A stretch of 63,719 nucleotides of DNA, filler included, from Hausera hauseri (lineage: Eukaryota): assembly GCA_046269625.1 (NCBI GenBank). It is 12 parts of 12 records of this genome, joined end to end, with 100 filler letters (N's around TTAATTAATTAA, not from the genome) between each part and the next. Parts side by side here need not be neighbours in the genome. Positions count along the whole stretch, not along the records: positions 37,108 to 41,395 come from JBJURY010654663.1; positions 41,496 to 45,775 come from JBJURY010660552.1; positions 45,876 to 49,877 come from JBJURY010827305.1; positions 49,978 to 59,645 come from JBJURY010316606.1; 8 more parts are not named here. The stretch is one strand, 5' to 3'. The notes below the pieces were generated by a model that searched no databases, was not told the DNA's origin, and saw only the letters and a list, made by a program, of their open reading frames with translations. The stretch's first letter is position 1, and the number at the start of each line of letters is the position of its first letter. Shown here in pieces: positions 39,030 through 51,622 of the stretch. Position numbers and translations under genes: made by a program.

Positions 39030-40236
39030 TATATTTGACAAAGCCGCTCCACAAGTTGTTATTAACAATGCGGCATTTGAAGAAACCTACCCTGTTTATT
39101 TTGTTTCAACGAACGATAATATTGACATTCAATTCAACATTATGGCATCGGACAACGAATATCCAGATTTGAACAATACGCTACTCTATGGAAAAGTCAT
39201 TGTTACAAAGGATGCATTAACGGTTTACGCTGCAACAGACACTGTCACACCGGCAAATTACCTTTTCCTCACATTGCTCCAGGAGGCTTCACTGACTCTA
39301 AAGAGCGTCAAAATTGAAGGCAACGCCAGTCTATACAGTATCAAAGCACTTATTGAAACGGCTCTGAATTACAGTGCAGACACGAAAACGAATCATTTGA
39401 CAAAAATTATGGGGTATGACACCACTGCAGAAAACCGTCATGCACGGGTGGCAGAATCAGAACTGCTTACAATGTGTGGACCGTTGTACTTTGACTTTTT
39501 CGATCAGCCGAAATATTGACTGCCCTGTTAAATCCGTAATTCGACTCAAACGCAGCAAAAATGTCTTTTGCTTTATATTGCAGTTGCAAATTTTAAACAC
39601 ATATTGAAAATTACCGAGGCCCGATTATACATACGTCGAATAAAGGTAGGACCATCTGTGCTCATGGGACATCGATTGATCTTGGAAACGCAAAATGCCT
39701 GTTAACCGATACAACGCACAGAACTCGTGATTTACACCATACCCAAAGGTTCAACTAAGTTTTACAAAGATGCACTGTTTGGCGACATGCGATTGCCGAA
39801 ATTTATGCTAGTTACATTTCAAACGACTGCACAACAAACGGGCGGTTATACCGTCGATTCTAAAATGTTTATTCCTAGCAATGTGAATTATGTCAGTTTG
39901 TGTAAGAATGCAGATATCGTTGAGACATACTAGCAGGATTTCGAGACCGACGATTTTGTTTGCAAATACATGCAATCTATTGTGCGCAACATGGGCTTGT
40001 TGAACAAAAATGTCAACAATGGAATATCGATGGATTTGTTCAAGTCCACTTATCCATTCTTTACCTTTGTCCTGACTCCAGATTATGACGTTGAGCCGAC
40101 TCAACTACCTCAGCAGGGAAACCTGAAATTGGCGGTTCACTTTGCAAAAGCGTTGGAGCAATCTACCGTGATGTACAATTACGGTGTATTTGATGCCGAA
40201 ATCGACATAACAAAAAACGGAACCGTCATTGTATAA
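39030..40236 (+). pseudogene. Polinton/adintovirus major capsid (double jelly-roll)
   Basis: IQFNI..EYPDLNNTLLY, KALIETALNYS, RLKRSK, LYIRRIKV.PSV, RLPKFMLV and FVLTPD..GNLKLAVHFAKAL..FDAEIDI. Preceded by a QQGSELPYFVGKRYGSG(W)LRTLAR core-protein-like remnant. Confidence 0.9.
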
Positions 40237-40379
40237 GTAAATAAAAACCATTGTGTCTCACCTATTTTTCGTCATCGTACTATGAAGTAATTTATCACTA
40301 TTACTATTATGCCTAAATCACGTTTTTCACATTTCGCTCCACTGAGCTCACTAACTAGGGAAAACTGCTCTTGGACACG

Positions 40380-40682
40380 AAATTTCGTGGTGTGTTTCAA
40401 CTAGACTGAGTGCCGCGTAATTTACGACAAACTAGTGGCCTTATTGTCAATACTCACACTTCATTGTTGCCCGGCGAACATTGCATTTCTGTGCATGTCC
40501 ATCCGACCGTTGTCAAAGTATACGATCAGCTCGGGTTTTACTATACGTCATCGTTAGTTCCTCAAATTGAACGGCAATCATCACTTCATCTTGAATATAA
40601 CCGATTTCATTACCAACATCCAATGACCATACAATGTAGACCTTACTGTTTATTGTGGCTTACGTTACAGAGACTTTTATGA
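40380..40682 (+). pseudogene. Adenain-like cysteine protease (Polinton)
   Basis: FRGVF..LIVNTHTSLLPGEHCISV..YDQLG..Q..TIQCRPYC. Confidence 0.85.
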
Positions 40683-41263
40683 GAGCAACAAGAACGATGA
40701 CGAAATGATTTCTGTTTTGTGAAATATATTATTTTGTTATTGTTAGGTTAATGTTTTTGGTTTGTGTGTGTGAAATTCCAATAAATAACCGATTATCTGT
40801 TTCAGTTCGTTTGTTTTATAGTAAGCAAAAACAGAAAACTTGACTTTTTACAATGATGATTTTCAACGCCGCCACCGTCGCGGTTGTTTTTCACCGACTT
40901 ACAATCGTCTGATCGTAAGGCGGCTATCATATGAAATGCTCAACTATCGATGAACTACATGCTCATTTGAAATTAGTATAAGGATTGGAGCACACTGGGC
41001 CAATATAAATTTCCTATCTCGAACCCCCAGGATTGAAAATCAATACATTATGTGACCGCTGTTGGGTTTCAATATTCCCACCCCCACTTTGTTTAAATTT
41101 TGAAAAGTTGATATAAATACCCCTGTGCAAGTGTCACTTGTGAAAAATGTCTCAATCAGATAATTTGTCAACATTTAAATGTACACATTTACTACGACAA
41201 AAACATATAACAGAAGACAAATAAGTCTTTAAAAATGTTTATTATAATAACACATACAAACAA

Positions 41264-41395
41264 TCAAATATCTGCAGTTTCAATATAATAATGTCCATAT
41301 GCGACACTTTTGTTTTTTGATATCCAGTGTCGCTTATCATCAAAAGGGTCCAAAGCTTTCTTTTTTGTACTGATCGTCAGAAGTTGATGGTTCTT
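41264..41395 (-). pseudogene. polB: C-terminus of Polinton-type PolB, convergent with the capsid genes
   Basis: KNHQLLTISTKKKALDPFDDKRHWISKNKSVAYGHY. Confidence 0.85.
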
Positions 41396-42062
41396 NNNNN
41401 NNNNNNNNNNNNNNNNNNNNNNNNNNNNNNNNNNNNNNNTTAATTAATTAANNNNNNNNNNNNNNNNNNNNNNNNNNNNNNNNNNNNNNNNNNNNAAAAT
41501 TTCAATGTTGCTACGCGCTCAATGACGGAAGAAGATTTAAAAGAAATGCAAAGATTAGCGCATAGTTAGAAAGAAAGAAAGTTGACCGCTGCCCACATTT
41601 TTTTCGATTAAAAAATTTAAATTTTTTGATTAAAAAATGACTGAAGAAATTATTAAAAAAATAGAAAATGATGAAAACTTTTATAAATCCATACACCCCG
41701 AAATGAAAATATTAAAGAATTAAATGTAGTAAATAAAGCAGCATTAACAGAAAAATTGTATGTTAATTATAAAAAATATGAAAAAGCTATGGTAATTTCT
41801 GGTGCTTCTATTTATGATTTGAGTGTTGAAAACGAAGAATTAACAAATGAATTAAAAAAGTATGGAACTTATTATTAAGGTCCAACATTGTAAAAGAATA
41901 ATGATCAAAATTTGTAATCAGTATCGTTATATAGACCTTGCAAATTATAAATAGACGCCCAAAGTCAACTGCTGAAAAAATAGGATTAAAATTGCAAAAA
42001 TACGGTTACTTCACAAAAAGGCGATAAATTTTTTAAAACGCAAGCCGTAAATGTATTTATTT

Positions 42063-42449
42063 TTATACAATATTTAAACAAAAATTTTCTTTTCCAAACC
42101 AAGCACAACAAAGATCGGTTTCCATTTTAAAGTGTGCAAAACAAAATTTTTTTGGAATGAAATGAATAAGATACCAGCAAATCGAACAATGATCTAAAGC
42201 TGGATAATTGGTAAAAACGGAAATAGGCGAATCATCGAACATTATAGATGTTATAATGGATCCAGAAAATGACAATGCCATTGGTAAAATAAAATTGGTT
42301 AACACACATTTACGGGATAATCTATCAGCATCTTTATCAAAATAATCCCTGATTGAAAGACATACTAATATATAATGTGAAATATTGAAGCATGAAAACA
42401 TATTCAACGAATAAAGGTATCGGAAAAAATCTTCAAAATTAGAAAACAT
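42063..42449 (-). CDS. TRIC cation channel (TMEM38-like), N-terminal part, possibly pseudogenised
   Basis: FNISHYILVCLSIR..LSRK..MALSFSGSII..SPI..WYLIHFIP matches the recalled TMEM38 pattern. The frame breaks downstream. Confidence 0.7.
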   Translation of the reverse strand: MFSNFEDFFRYLYSLNMFSCFNISHYILVCLSIRDYFDKDADRLSRKCVLTNFILPMALSFSGSIITSIMFDDSPISVFTNYPALDHCSICWYLIHFIPKKFCFAHFKMETDLCCAWFGKENFCLNIV

Positions 42450-42988
42450 AGTATCGATCTTCTGATTCGTATAAGAATTAAAGTTTACTGAAATAAAAAT
42501 GAGGTGCTGTTAGCTAAATTGAATTTTGAATCTGTGCTTTTATTTATCAAAATTAAAAACATGCACAATACGCAAATGGCACTATCCTCGATTCTAGGGT
42601 TTTGCTCTTCATCGACCCACTTAAAATTGATTGTTGAAGCGATGATTCTTAGTGCGTATGACTGGAGTGCCAGAGAGATGAAGTATGCAGTAGCTGAATG
42701 TCATCAGTTGGGTAACAAGCGACTCCACGAGCTTGTAACATCTTCATTAACTGCTGCTTTGCAGTCACTTGGGCTAGACATGGCCGTTTTGTCTGGAACC
42801 GATATAAAGACTTGGGAAGCATTTTCTGAATGTTGTAAAACCAGAGCAGTCATTATCGTCACACTCAAAATCACTGAGAATATAGTCGCTGTTATCATTT
42901 TGCTGTGGGGATATCTCATATAAATTCGGAATTGACCGTTGAAAGAGAGGACTGTCTGTCATTCCGCATTTTGATTGACATGACTGCT

Positions 42989-43151
42989 TGTAAGGTCGTG
43001 TGTTCATACTGTTGCGCGGCAACGGTACCCGGCGCAAGAGACCGGTACGGTTCGAGGCCTGGGACGCTATTAGAGCGATGACAGGAGCCCGACGTCGTCC
43101 AAATATCCGGCCGCGGGACGTGCAAACGGTGGGAACCACATTACCCCCCCT
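42989..43151 (-). repeat. PPT (AGGGGGGGTAA) and short 3' LTR (~152 bp, TGT...ACA)
   Basis: PPT at 43141-43151 is followed by TGTGGTTCC at 43140. Putative LTR end CCTTACA at 42989. Confidence 0.65.
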
Positions 43152-43564
43152 GCGAAGTGTAAACTATAAAGTATAAACATAAAAATAAAAAGAAGGAAAT
43201 GCGCAAAACAGAAAAAGTACGTACGGAAGTATATGTTGAAATTGTTGTATACCCTGGTGATTTTAAAATGAGGTGTCACGGAACCTTACTGTTTTCTTTT
43301 GTGGTGTGCGTGTCCTATTTGATTGAAGAGAATTTTGGGGTAAAACGGGTGTTAAGTTCTGGGTTATGCTGTGTGAAGGTGGAGGTAGAAGATGAGGAGA
43401 TGAAGAAAAGAAAGCAAAAGTGGCAGGAGGAGTGGCAGTAGAGGGGAAAGAGTCAGTGAGGGAGATTGGTGGAAGTGAACGAGTTGAAGGTGGAAGTGTA
43501 GACGTTTGTAAGAAAGTGAATTGAGTAGAGTTGTGGAAATGAAAATCAGCAGGTGTGTAAAAGT

Positions 43565-45775
43565 TTAAGGTTGAAGAAAGTGGAGGAGATAAGCTGGAAA
43601 ATGCGGAAGAAATTTGATGCTTTGGTGGAGGTCGGTGAGGGAGTGGATTAAAGAATTGGACCGAAATGGGAGGTAGTGAGGTTGTCGGAGTGTCAGGCAA
43701 GGTATGTAAAGTAGTGGAAAACAACGAAGGCTGAGATGTAATAGCTGGTTGAATATATGTTTGTGAGGACTGATTATCAAATTAACTTTTGGTGTTTGCG
43801 GGGTCGACAATGGAGCAGTTTCAGCTGACGTGGTATCGTCAATAAAGAAAGCAGGTTTTAAGTTAGTAATATGGACTGATTGTTTTTTGTTGTCCTTAAG
43901 AATTATGGCGTGATAGGAATAAAGTGAAAGAAGTTTATAAGGGCCGGTGTACCGTGGCTGAAAACCGACCGGAGTTTGGTTTTTTAACCAAACGAATTTA
44001 GCTATGTAAAGGTCGTTAGGAATGTATGGTCGATTGCCATGTAGAACTCTACAAAAAGCGTCTTTGCTAATGGCAACAAAATGTTCCTGGGCCGCCCGAA
44101 TTGTTTCATCAATAGGTGAGTTGTCCTGCTCAGTTAACTTGAAAAGGGCACATAGTGGTGTGCCAAATAGAGCCTCCGACGGGGAGCAACCGGTTGATGT
44201 GGATGGAGTGTTTCGCCATCCGAGTAAGACAAAATGTAAAAGGTTTACCCATTGGGGGTTGTGTTCAGCTAGAATTCTGAGAGAGGTTTTCATTGTACCA
44301 TGAAAACGCTCTAAAAGGCCGTTCAACTGGGGGTGGTAGGGTTTTGTGTGGATGTGCGATATGTTCAGTCGATTTACTAGTGATTTAAAGAGATTCGACT
44401 CCAATTGGGGGCCTTGGTCGGTGATGATGTGTTTGGGTTCGCCGAATCGGCTGAGCAATACACGTATAAAGGAGTCAGCTATGGACTCAGTGTTTGTGGA
44501 TCGAAGTGGAACTGCTTCTGGCCATTTAGACAAACGGTCCATTATTGTGAGGATAAATTGGTGGCCGTTGTCTGGTGGAAGAGGGCCGACGATATCGAGA
44601 TGGACAGTATCAAAGCATGACGTACAGGAAAAATGATAAAGTTGCGGATTTAGGTTTTTAATGATTTTGAATTTTTGGCATGCCGCACACTCCTTAACCC
44701 ATGCCTGCACGTCTGTTTTCATTGATGGCCATGTAATTTGGCGTTTCAAGAGGTGGTATGTGGCCTTAGATCCTAGATGGTGTAAGGCATGAATGTTTGT
44801 AAAGGCTATTCTTTGGAGAGAAGGAACTAATACGATTTTAGGCTATCCAGGGTCGGTGGTATCGAAGGCCACGCCATGATTGATTTTAAAAGATTTATAA
44901 GAAGTGAGAGTTTCATCATCCGGTTGATTCCGTCGAAGAGTCTCATTATCTAGAATTGGTTTAAAAGTTATCGAATTAACTGAAAGTGACAAAAAATCAG
45001 CCACGACGTTGTCATACCATGTATATGTTTTATGGTAAAATGAAAGTTGACAAATAGGATATATGTCTTTCCTGACGTAAAGAGGGAGATTTCATGGTAA
45101 AAATGTGTAGCAGCGGCTTATGGTCCGACTGAATTGTGAAGGTGCGTGATATTAATAGATGTTTAAAATGCTTAACTGCGAGGAGCATTTCTAAAATTTC
45201 TCTGTCGAAGACAGAGTACTTTTGTTCTGTTGTAGTAAATTTTCTAGAAAAGAATCCTAAGGATTGATGCGCGTTGTTTTTTAATTGGTGGAGTACTGCG
45301 CCTGCAGCGATAGTTGATGCGTCCGTTATAAGAAAAAGTTCTGATGTAGAATCTGGATAGGTTAATACTTCTACTCTGTTGAGATTTGTTTTTAGGTGTT
45401 CGAAAGCATTAACGAGGTCAGGTGTCCAAATAATAGGTTTTTTATTTTGACCGGAACTTTAGGTAGCGAATGGAGCGGTTAATATCGAAAAATGCGGCAC
45501 GTATTTGTGAATAAAATGCAAGGTACCGAGGAATGAAGGCATTTCTGAAGTTGTGCGTGGTAATTGAATGTTTTTCAGTTGAGTGATGCAGTTTTGCTGT
45601 GGAGCGTGTCCGTTTGGAGTAATAATGTGTTCGAGGAAATAATTTTTTTGTTTGAAGAAGGAGCACTTTGCGAAGTTTATTTGGAGGTTGTTTTAGTGGA
45701 GGCGTTTGAATACAATGCGTAGGTGCGCAGTATGGTGTTTAGAGGATGAGGAGGCAATTAAAATATCATCGATGT
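43565..45775 (-). mobile_element. Ty3/gypsy pol (RT end, RNase H, integrase), degenerate
   Basis: IDDILI, LITDAS..GAVL, HLDIVGPLP, ITDQG.Q, YHPQLNGLLERFH and YTGPY. Confidence 0.93.
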
Positions 45776-46189
45776 NNNNNNNNNNNNNNNNNNNNNNNNN
45801 NNNNNNNNNNNNNNNNNNNTTAATTAATTAANNNNNNNNNNNNNNNNNNNNNNNNNNNNNNNNNNNNNNNNNNNNAAAGAATCTTCGTATAGTATATTTG
45901 ATAACGATAATACTAACTATGAGCAAGTGAAGATGAAGACAAAGTACGGACAAATACCTGGCATTAAACAACTAGTGTTAAAGACACGAAAGCCTAAATA
46001 TAGGCATAAGCTTATGACAGATTTACCCCATATAGATGCCATAGACGAATATCAGCTCCCCGATACGTGGTACATACAGGATTATATCCAATGCACCATG
46101 TACAACAGATGCGACAAAATTTTGAGGAAGACGTAAGACCTTATAAGCGTGAATTGACGTGCAAAACTGATGATAAAAAAGGATAACGA

Positions 46190-49180
46190 TCACCTATAAG
46201 GCCAGAAATAGAAATAGAGGTAAATGGATACCCTATGAAGGCTCTGTTAGATACTGGATCTACAACAACAATAATGGGAAGAAGTCAATTACCCAAAGAA
46301 TTGAAAAAGAAGTTTCGAAGACCGACTACTACATTAATAGATGTAGGAGCTTTCGGTACAAAAGAAGAAATTAAGATTGTTCTTGACGGAAAAATTAAAA
46401 TCGGCAAACAAACGCTGAAACACACTATAAGGATAGCCGATAATTTGACAAATGAAATCCTAATTGGGTGTGATGTACGAAATCAATTAGAAAACGCATA
46501 TACAGATGTAAGAACCAGTCAGTTGAAGACGTTTGATAAAGACCGAGGCAGAGGAAAGGTCCCGCTAATAAAAGATATTTTAATACCACCAAAATCTGAG
46601 GTAATAGTACCCGGAAAAATAGAAAGCCAAGTATTACCAGAAGTTGTTTATTTTTAACCATTTGCACAAGTTATGGAAAAGTATGAAGTTTTAATCTCTC
46701 CTAATGTAGATAAAGTAAGTGAAAGAAAGATCCACTTGCGAATTTGCAATACGGCAAGTAAGGAAAGACGATTGCGAAAGAATACAAGAGTAGGAGAAGT
46801 AACGACTAGTGAAGGAATAGTAAAACAAGAAATATGTTCGACAACTTCAGACGAAGATAAGATAGAGAGGTTAATGACGGGGAAACTAAAGAGCGAACCA
46901 AATAAAAATATAGAAAAAGATAAAATAACCAATATTATCTGGCACAAGAAGTTGCAGAATTGCGACATTTTAACTGAGGATGAGAAGAGAAGGCTAATCG
47001 ACTTATTACAAAAAAGTAATGATCGATTTGCACAAAAATGATTACGATTTGGGTACAATGAACGTAATACAACATACTATTAAACTAAAAGAAGTACAGG
47101 ATAACCCAATCAAGAAGAGACTGTATCGATTAGCGTATGACAAAAAACAAGAAGCACGAAAGATAATAAAAGAAATGAGGGAAAACAAGATTATCAGACC
47201 AAGCTGTTTCCCCTGGACGGCTCCTGTGATAATGGTTAATAAGAAGGATGGAACTGAGATTTTGCATAGATTACCGAGCATTGAATAAAATACCCGAAAC
47301 GGATACATACCCATTCCCAAGAATTGACGAAATATTAGACAGGCTGCACGAATCGACCATATTCTTAACGATAGATTTACAAAAAGGCTATTGGCAAATG
47401 GAGGTAAAAGAAGAAGATAAACCAAAAACAGCCTTTTCAATCGGAGAAGGATTACGGAAATTTAATAGGATGCCATTTGGGCCAAAGAACGTACCACAAA
47501 CATTCCAGAGAGGAACGGAACTTTTACTATTGGACGCTCCACACGCCATGGTATATATTGATAATGTAATAATAGCATCATCAAATTTTCAACAACATCT
47601 AAAACATCTGCAAGACCTCTTCGATAAGTGTGAAATCATGAGTCTCAAGATAAACACGAAAAAAAGTTCATTTGCCCAAGCGGAAGTAGATTTTCTTGGA
47701 CATAGAGTAGACAGGCACGACGTAAAGCCTCAAGACAAACTATTGGGGAAAATAAGAGATTTCACAAAACCAACTACAGTTAAAGAACTACGTCGATTTT
47801 TAGGTTTGGCGAATTACTATCAAAGATTTATAAAGGATTTGAGCAAAATCGCAAAACCTTTATATGAATTATTGCGTGAGGAACTAGATACAGTAGTTTG
47901 GACTAACGAGTGTCAGGGAGCGTTTGATTATTTAAAAGAAAGATTGCTAACTGCCCCAATATTTATTTACCCCAATATAAACAAGCAATTCATTTTGGCC
48001 ACAGATGCCAGTGATTATGGAGTAGGAGCAGTGTTGTCACAAAAGGGCGAAGACAATAAGGAGCATCCAGTAGCTTATGTGTCACGGAAACTTAATAAAC
48101 ACCAAAAGAAATATGCAGTAATTGAAAAGGAGTTGTTGGCAGTAATATTTGCTCTAGAAATATTTTCAACGTGCATTAGTAAAAATAAACCATTGTTGAT
48201 ATATACCGATCATCGACCACTATAATGGCTGAAACAGCATGAAAATCCAAATAGTCGAATATTACGATGGGCTCTTAAACTGCTGCCCTATACATTAAAT
48301 TTCCAGTATAAACTTGGAACGCGAAATGTAAACGCAGATTATTTATCCAGAATGACAGAAGATTCAAAGGTAAAGAAAGAAGTAATAGCAGCTGTTTGGA
48401 GTATGGAGGGATCCGTAGAGAAAATCAAATAAAACCAACAGGAAGATCTCGAAATAAAAGTGATTAGGAATTTTATGCAGAATAAGGTACTACCAACAAA
48501 CAAAGAATTAGCACGACATCTAGCTCGATGTAGTGATGCCTATGAAGAGGAGGATGGGTTTTTGTATTACATCCACCAGGATGGACCGGCATTAGTAATT
48601 CCAAAGAAGAATAGAACAGTTTTGTTAACACAATATCAAGATGGATTACTCGGTGGACACCAATCAGTAAGAAAAACACTCAATAAGTTAAAGCGAAAGT
48701 ATTTCTGGCCCTCAATAATTTAGGACGTACAAGAATGGTGTGAAAGCTGTAAATTATGCGCTACCCGGAAAATACCGGATCAAAATTCAAAGCACCTTTG
48801 AAGGTATGGGACAACCCCCAGCACCATTCGAATTTACTGCAATGGATATAACGGGATCACTACCATTAACTCGGAATGGGAATAAATATATTTTGGTCTT
48901 CATGGACTGTTTCACCAAATGAAAGCAGATACGATTGCTGAGAAGTTTGTCGAAAATATAGTATTTAATTACGGAGCCCCAAGAATTATTCTGACCGACC
49001 AAGCATCAAATTTAACTGGAACTGTAATGCAATCTACATACGATATATTGAAGATATTGAAGATACACTGCACGCCAGGACACTCAGAAAATAACGGCTT
49101 GGTTGAGAGGTACGTTAAAGATCTAAAGGGAAAATTACGAACAGTAGTTAATACTAGACAAGACAATTGGAATGAATATG
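46190..49180 (+). mobile_element. Ty3/gypsy pol (protease, RT, RNase H, integrase), degenerate
   Basis: ALLDTGS, LRFCIDYRALN, RMPFG, YIDN (mutated YxDD), ATDASDYGVGAVL, GGH..K..YFWP, TDQASN and NNGLVER. Confidence 0.95.
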
Positions 49181-49619
49181 TAAATGTGTGTGTTACATCT
49201 TCACCTTGTGTTGCCACGAGGAGGAGGGGAAAAAACACATCCAACAATTCACATTCAGATAGTGTGTGTAATGACAGCTGTTTCAAACACTTGCTGGATT
49301 ACTCATCATTACAATTTGCATAACTTTGAAGTATTCATAGCATTAGTGAGGCAATTACAATAATTAACATGGGAATCAATGTCAATGGGCCACAGCCACA
49401 AGGCAAGTGCAATTACAGCTATGCTAATTAGGGTTTAATTAAGCTTTTAAAGAACAATCGGCTTATTTAACTGAACATATTCAAGAGGATAGAGATACCA
49501 CCCACACTCGCACACATTAGCACATCCGATAACGGAACATGGATGTTAGCATGTGCTTAGAAACAGGTGTGCAGTGTGGGGAAAGTGCGCACACACTGCT
49601 GCACTCGTACCATCTTCCT

Positions 49620-49877
49620 CTGCCTTCTTCTCTTGTTGTTGACCACCACCATGTCCGCTTGGTTAGTCATCACCTGCTTGTTGATCTGGATCTAGAAGTC
49701 CCACAGCACCTTAGCCCTTCCTTTCTGCCACTTTTACTGTGGACCTCCAGTCCTGTTCCTGTACACTACTCCAGCCACTTGGTTATGGTGTTCCATGTGT
49801 GCTTTGCCTGGGGCGTCTCAGCACAGCCTGCATCTTGGATCCTATCTGGTATCGTAGACCTCAGCCTCTATTGTTCC
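49620..49877 (-). mobile_element. R4/Rex6-like non-LTR retrotransposon fragment (restriction-like endonuclease region)
   Basis: DPRCRLC, HNQVAGVVYRN and AKVLWDF.IQINKQVMTNQADMVVVNK. Confidence 0.75.
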
Positions 49878-49977
49878 NNNNNNNNNNNNNNNNNNNNNNN
49901 NNNNNNNNNNNNNNNNNNNNNTTAATTAATTAANNNNNNNNNNNNNNNNNNNNNNNNNNNNNNNNNNNNNNNNNNNN

Positions 49978-50580
49978 ATCACTGGTTCCTCCTCCGTCTG
50001 TTGGTCAGTGGACACCAGTTGCCAGTTTGACATGTAGATCTTAAAATTAAAAAATAGAGGTCAAAATAAATGTAAAATAATACTTCATAATTGTATTGTT
50101 ACAGTGCTATCTTAAACTACACTTGCCTGATTGCCAACAGTCTCCTTCAGTTCTACTTCATAGTCTGAATAAAATGATACAATGATTATATTACATCTAT
50201 CTGTGATAAACATTGTTTAATCAAGATTAAATACACGTGTTCTGAAATAGCATGTTTAAAAAATACTGTGTTAGACATGTGTAGAGATTAATATTTACAT
50301 CTAATCAATCATTTAGCTAAAAATGATCATTACAAACTGAGTCCAGCAAACCAACATGTACAGAGTTTATTAGCGAACAGTTAAGCTGACCGGGTGGGAG
50401 GGGGCGGGGCTCCCTACTCTGAGTGGCCGGCTGAGAGTGCTCTATGGGCGGATTGTTTTTCTGATTGAGTCGGCGATACATCCAGTAGCCGGCAGAACCT
50501 AAAAGCAGCAAACCAGCGGCGCATGCGAGCTTCTGGCAGGTGCCCGAAGTTATAGTGGGCAGAAGTTTGCTGAGAGTCAT
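49978..50580 (-). CDS. Mitoguardin-like gene, 5' exons of the next tandem copy
   Basis: MTLSKLLPTITSG.. is a paralog of 55206-55805; cut by the contig end. Confidence 0.6.
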
Positions 50581-51278
50581 GAGTGTTTGTGCTTTAAATG
50601 AGCAGTTGAAGAGAAATTTAGCGGAGCGCAGAGACACACGTCCTCACTCTAGCGATGCAGGAACACGAATGTGGATGCGTTGCCAAGGTGACAGCATTTA
50701 TAACACGCACATGCGTCACGTGATCACGCAGGCGATCCCTAATACACTCTTTATTAGAAAATACAATTGTTATTAATAACGACAATGATAATAATTGGTT
50801 TGATTATTGGAATAGATCCGAGTTAATGTTTCACTTTGAAGATATTAAAATGAAGTTTATTTTCTGCCGAATCAGTTAAATTTAGTAAACAGGTTAATCT
50901 GAACTGCTCACAGTGTAGTGCTAACTGCTATAATAACTTATTTTAAACACACGTCCAAGCTTTTACAATATTATACTTTACATTCGGTTTTGTTTAATTT
51001 TAAGAACTGTTAAACCCTTTTTAATTTAGAATTGATCACGTGGATTATATGAGGTGGAAACTGAAGAACATAAGGTGTTTGGGTGGTGCAGTGGCTTATT
51101 ACACCAGTTGGAAGTTTACACAGACATGTTTGGTTGTTTATTTGGACTTTAACATCATGTTCATCAAGTAATATTACTATTGACCTTTGTGGAGTTTATG
51201 GAACTGCTTTGTATGTGTTCACTTCCATTAAAATACTTAAATATTTATTTTTTTGCTGCATTTTCATTATCATGGATT

Positions 51279-51622
51279 GGGTGGCACAGTGGCTTAGTGG
51301 GTTACACTGTCGCATCACAGTGAAAAGGTTTTGTTTGATCCTTGGGTGGGGCGATCTGGGTCCTTTCTGTGTGGTGTTTACATATACTTTGCGTGTCTGT
51401 GTGGGTTTTCTCCGGGTACTCCGGTTTCCTCCCACAGTCCAAAGACTTGCTACCAGGTTAATCGGAGACACAGAATTGCCCTGTAGGTACCTGCGATGGA
51501 CTGGCGCACCATCCAGGGGGTTACCATGAGCTTTGCGCCTGTTGAAAAGCTGGGATAGGCTCCAGCATGCCAACCTGACCCTAATTAGGACAGAGGTTAA
51601 AGACAATGGATGGATGGATGGA
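51279..51622 (+). mobile_element. tRNA-derived fish SINE (V-SINE/HE1-like)
   Basis: GGTGGCACAGTGGCTTAG A-box head, core GTGGGTTTTCTCCGGGTACTCCGGTTTCCTCCCACAGTCCAAAGAC and (ATGG)n tail. Confidence 0.88.

Noticed and set aside
20076-41395. C5 PolB and C8 capsid module as one element
   Set aside because: They are on different contigs with no overlap, so linkage cannot be shown.
51083-51606. ORFs of 148 and 136 aa (and 56477-56950)
   Set aside because: These are spurious translations of the SINE.
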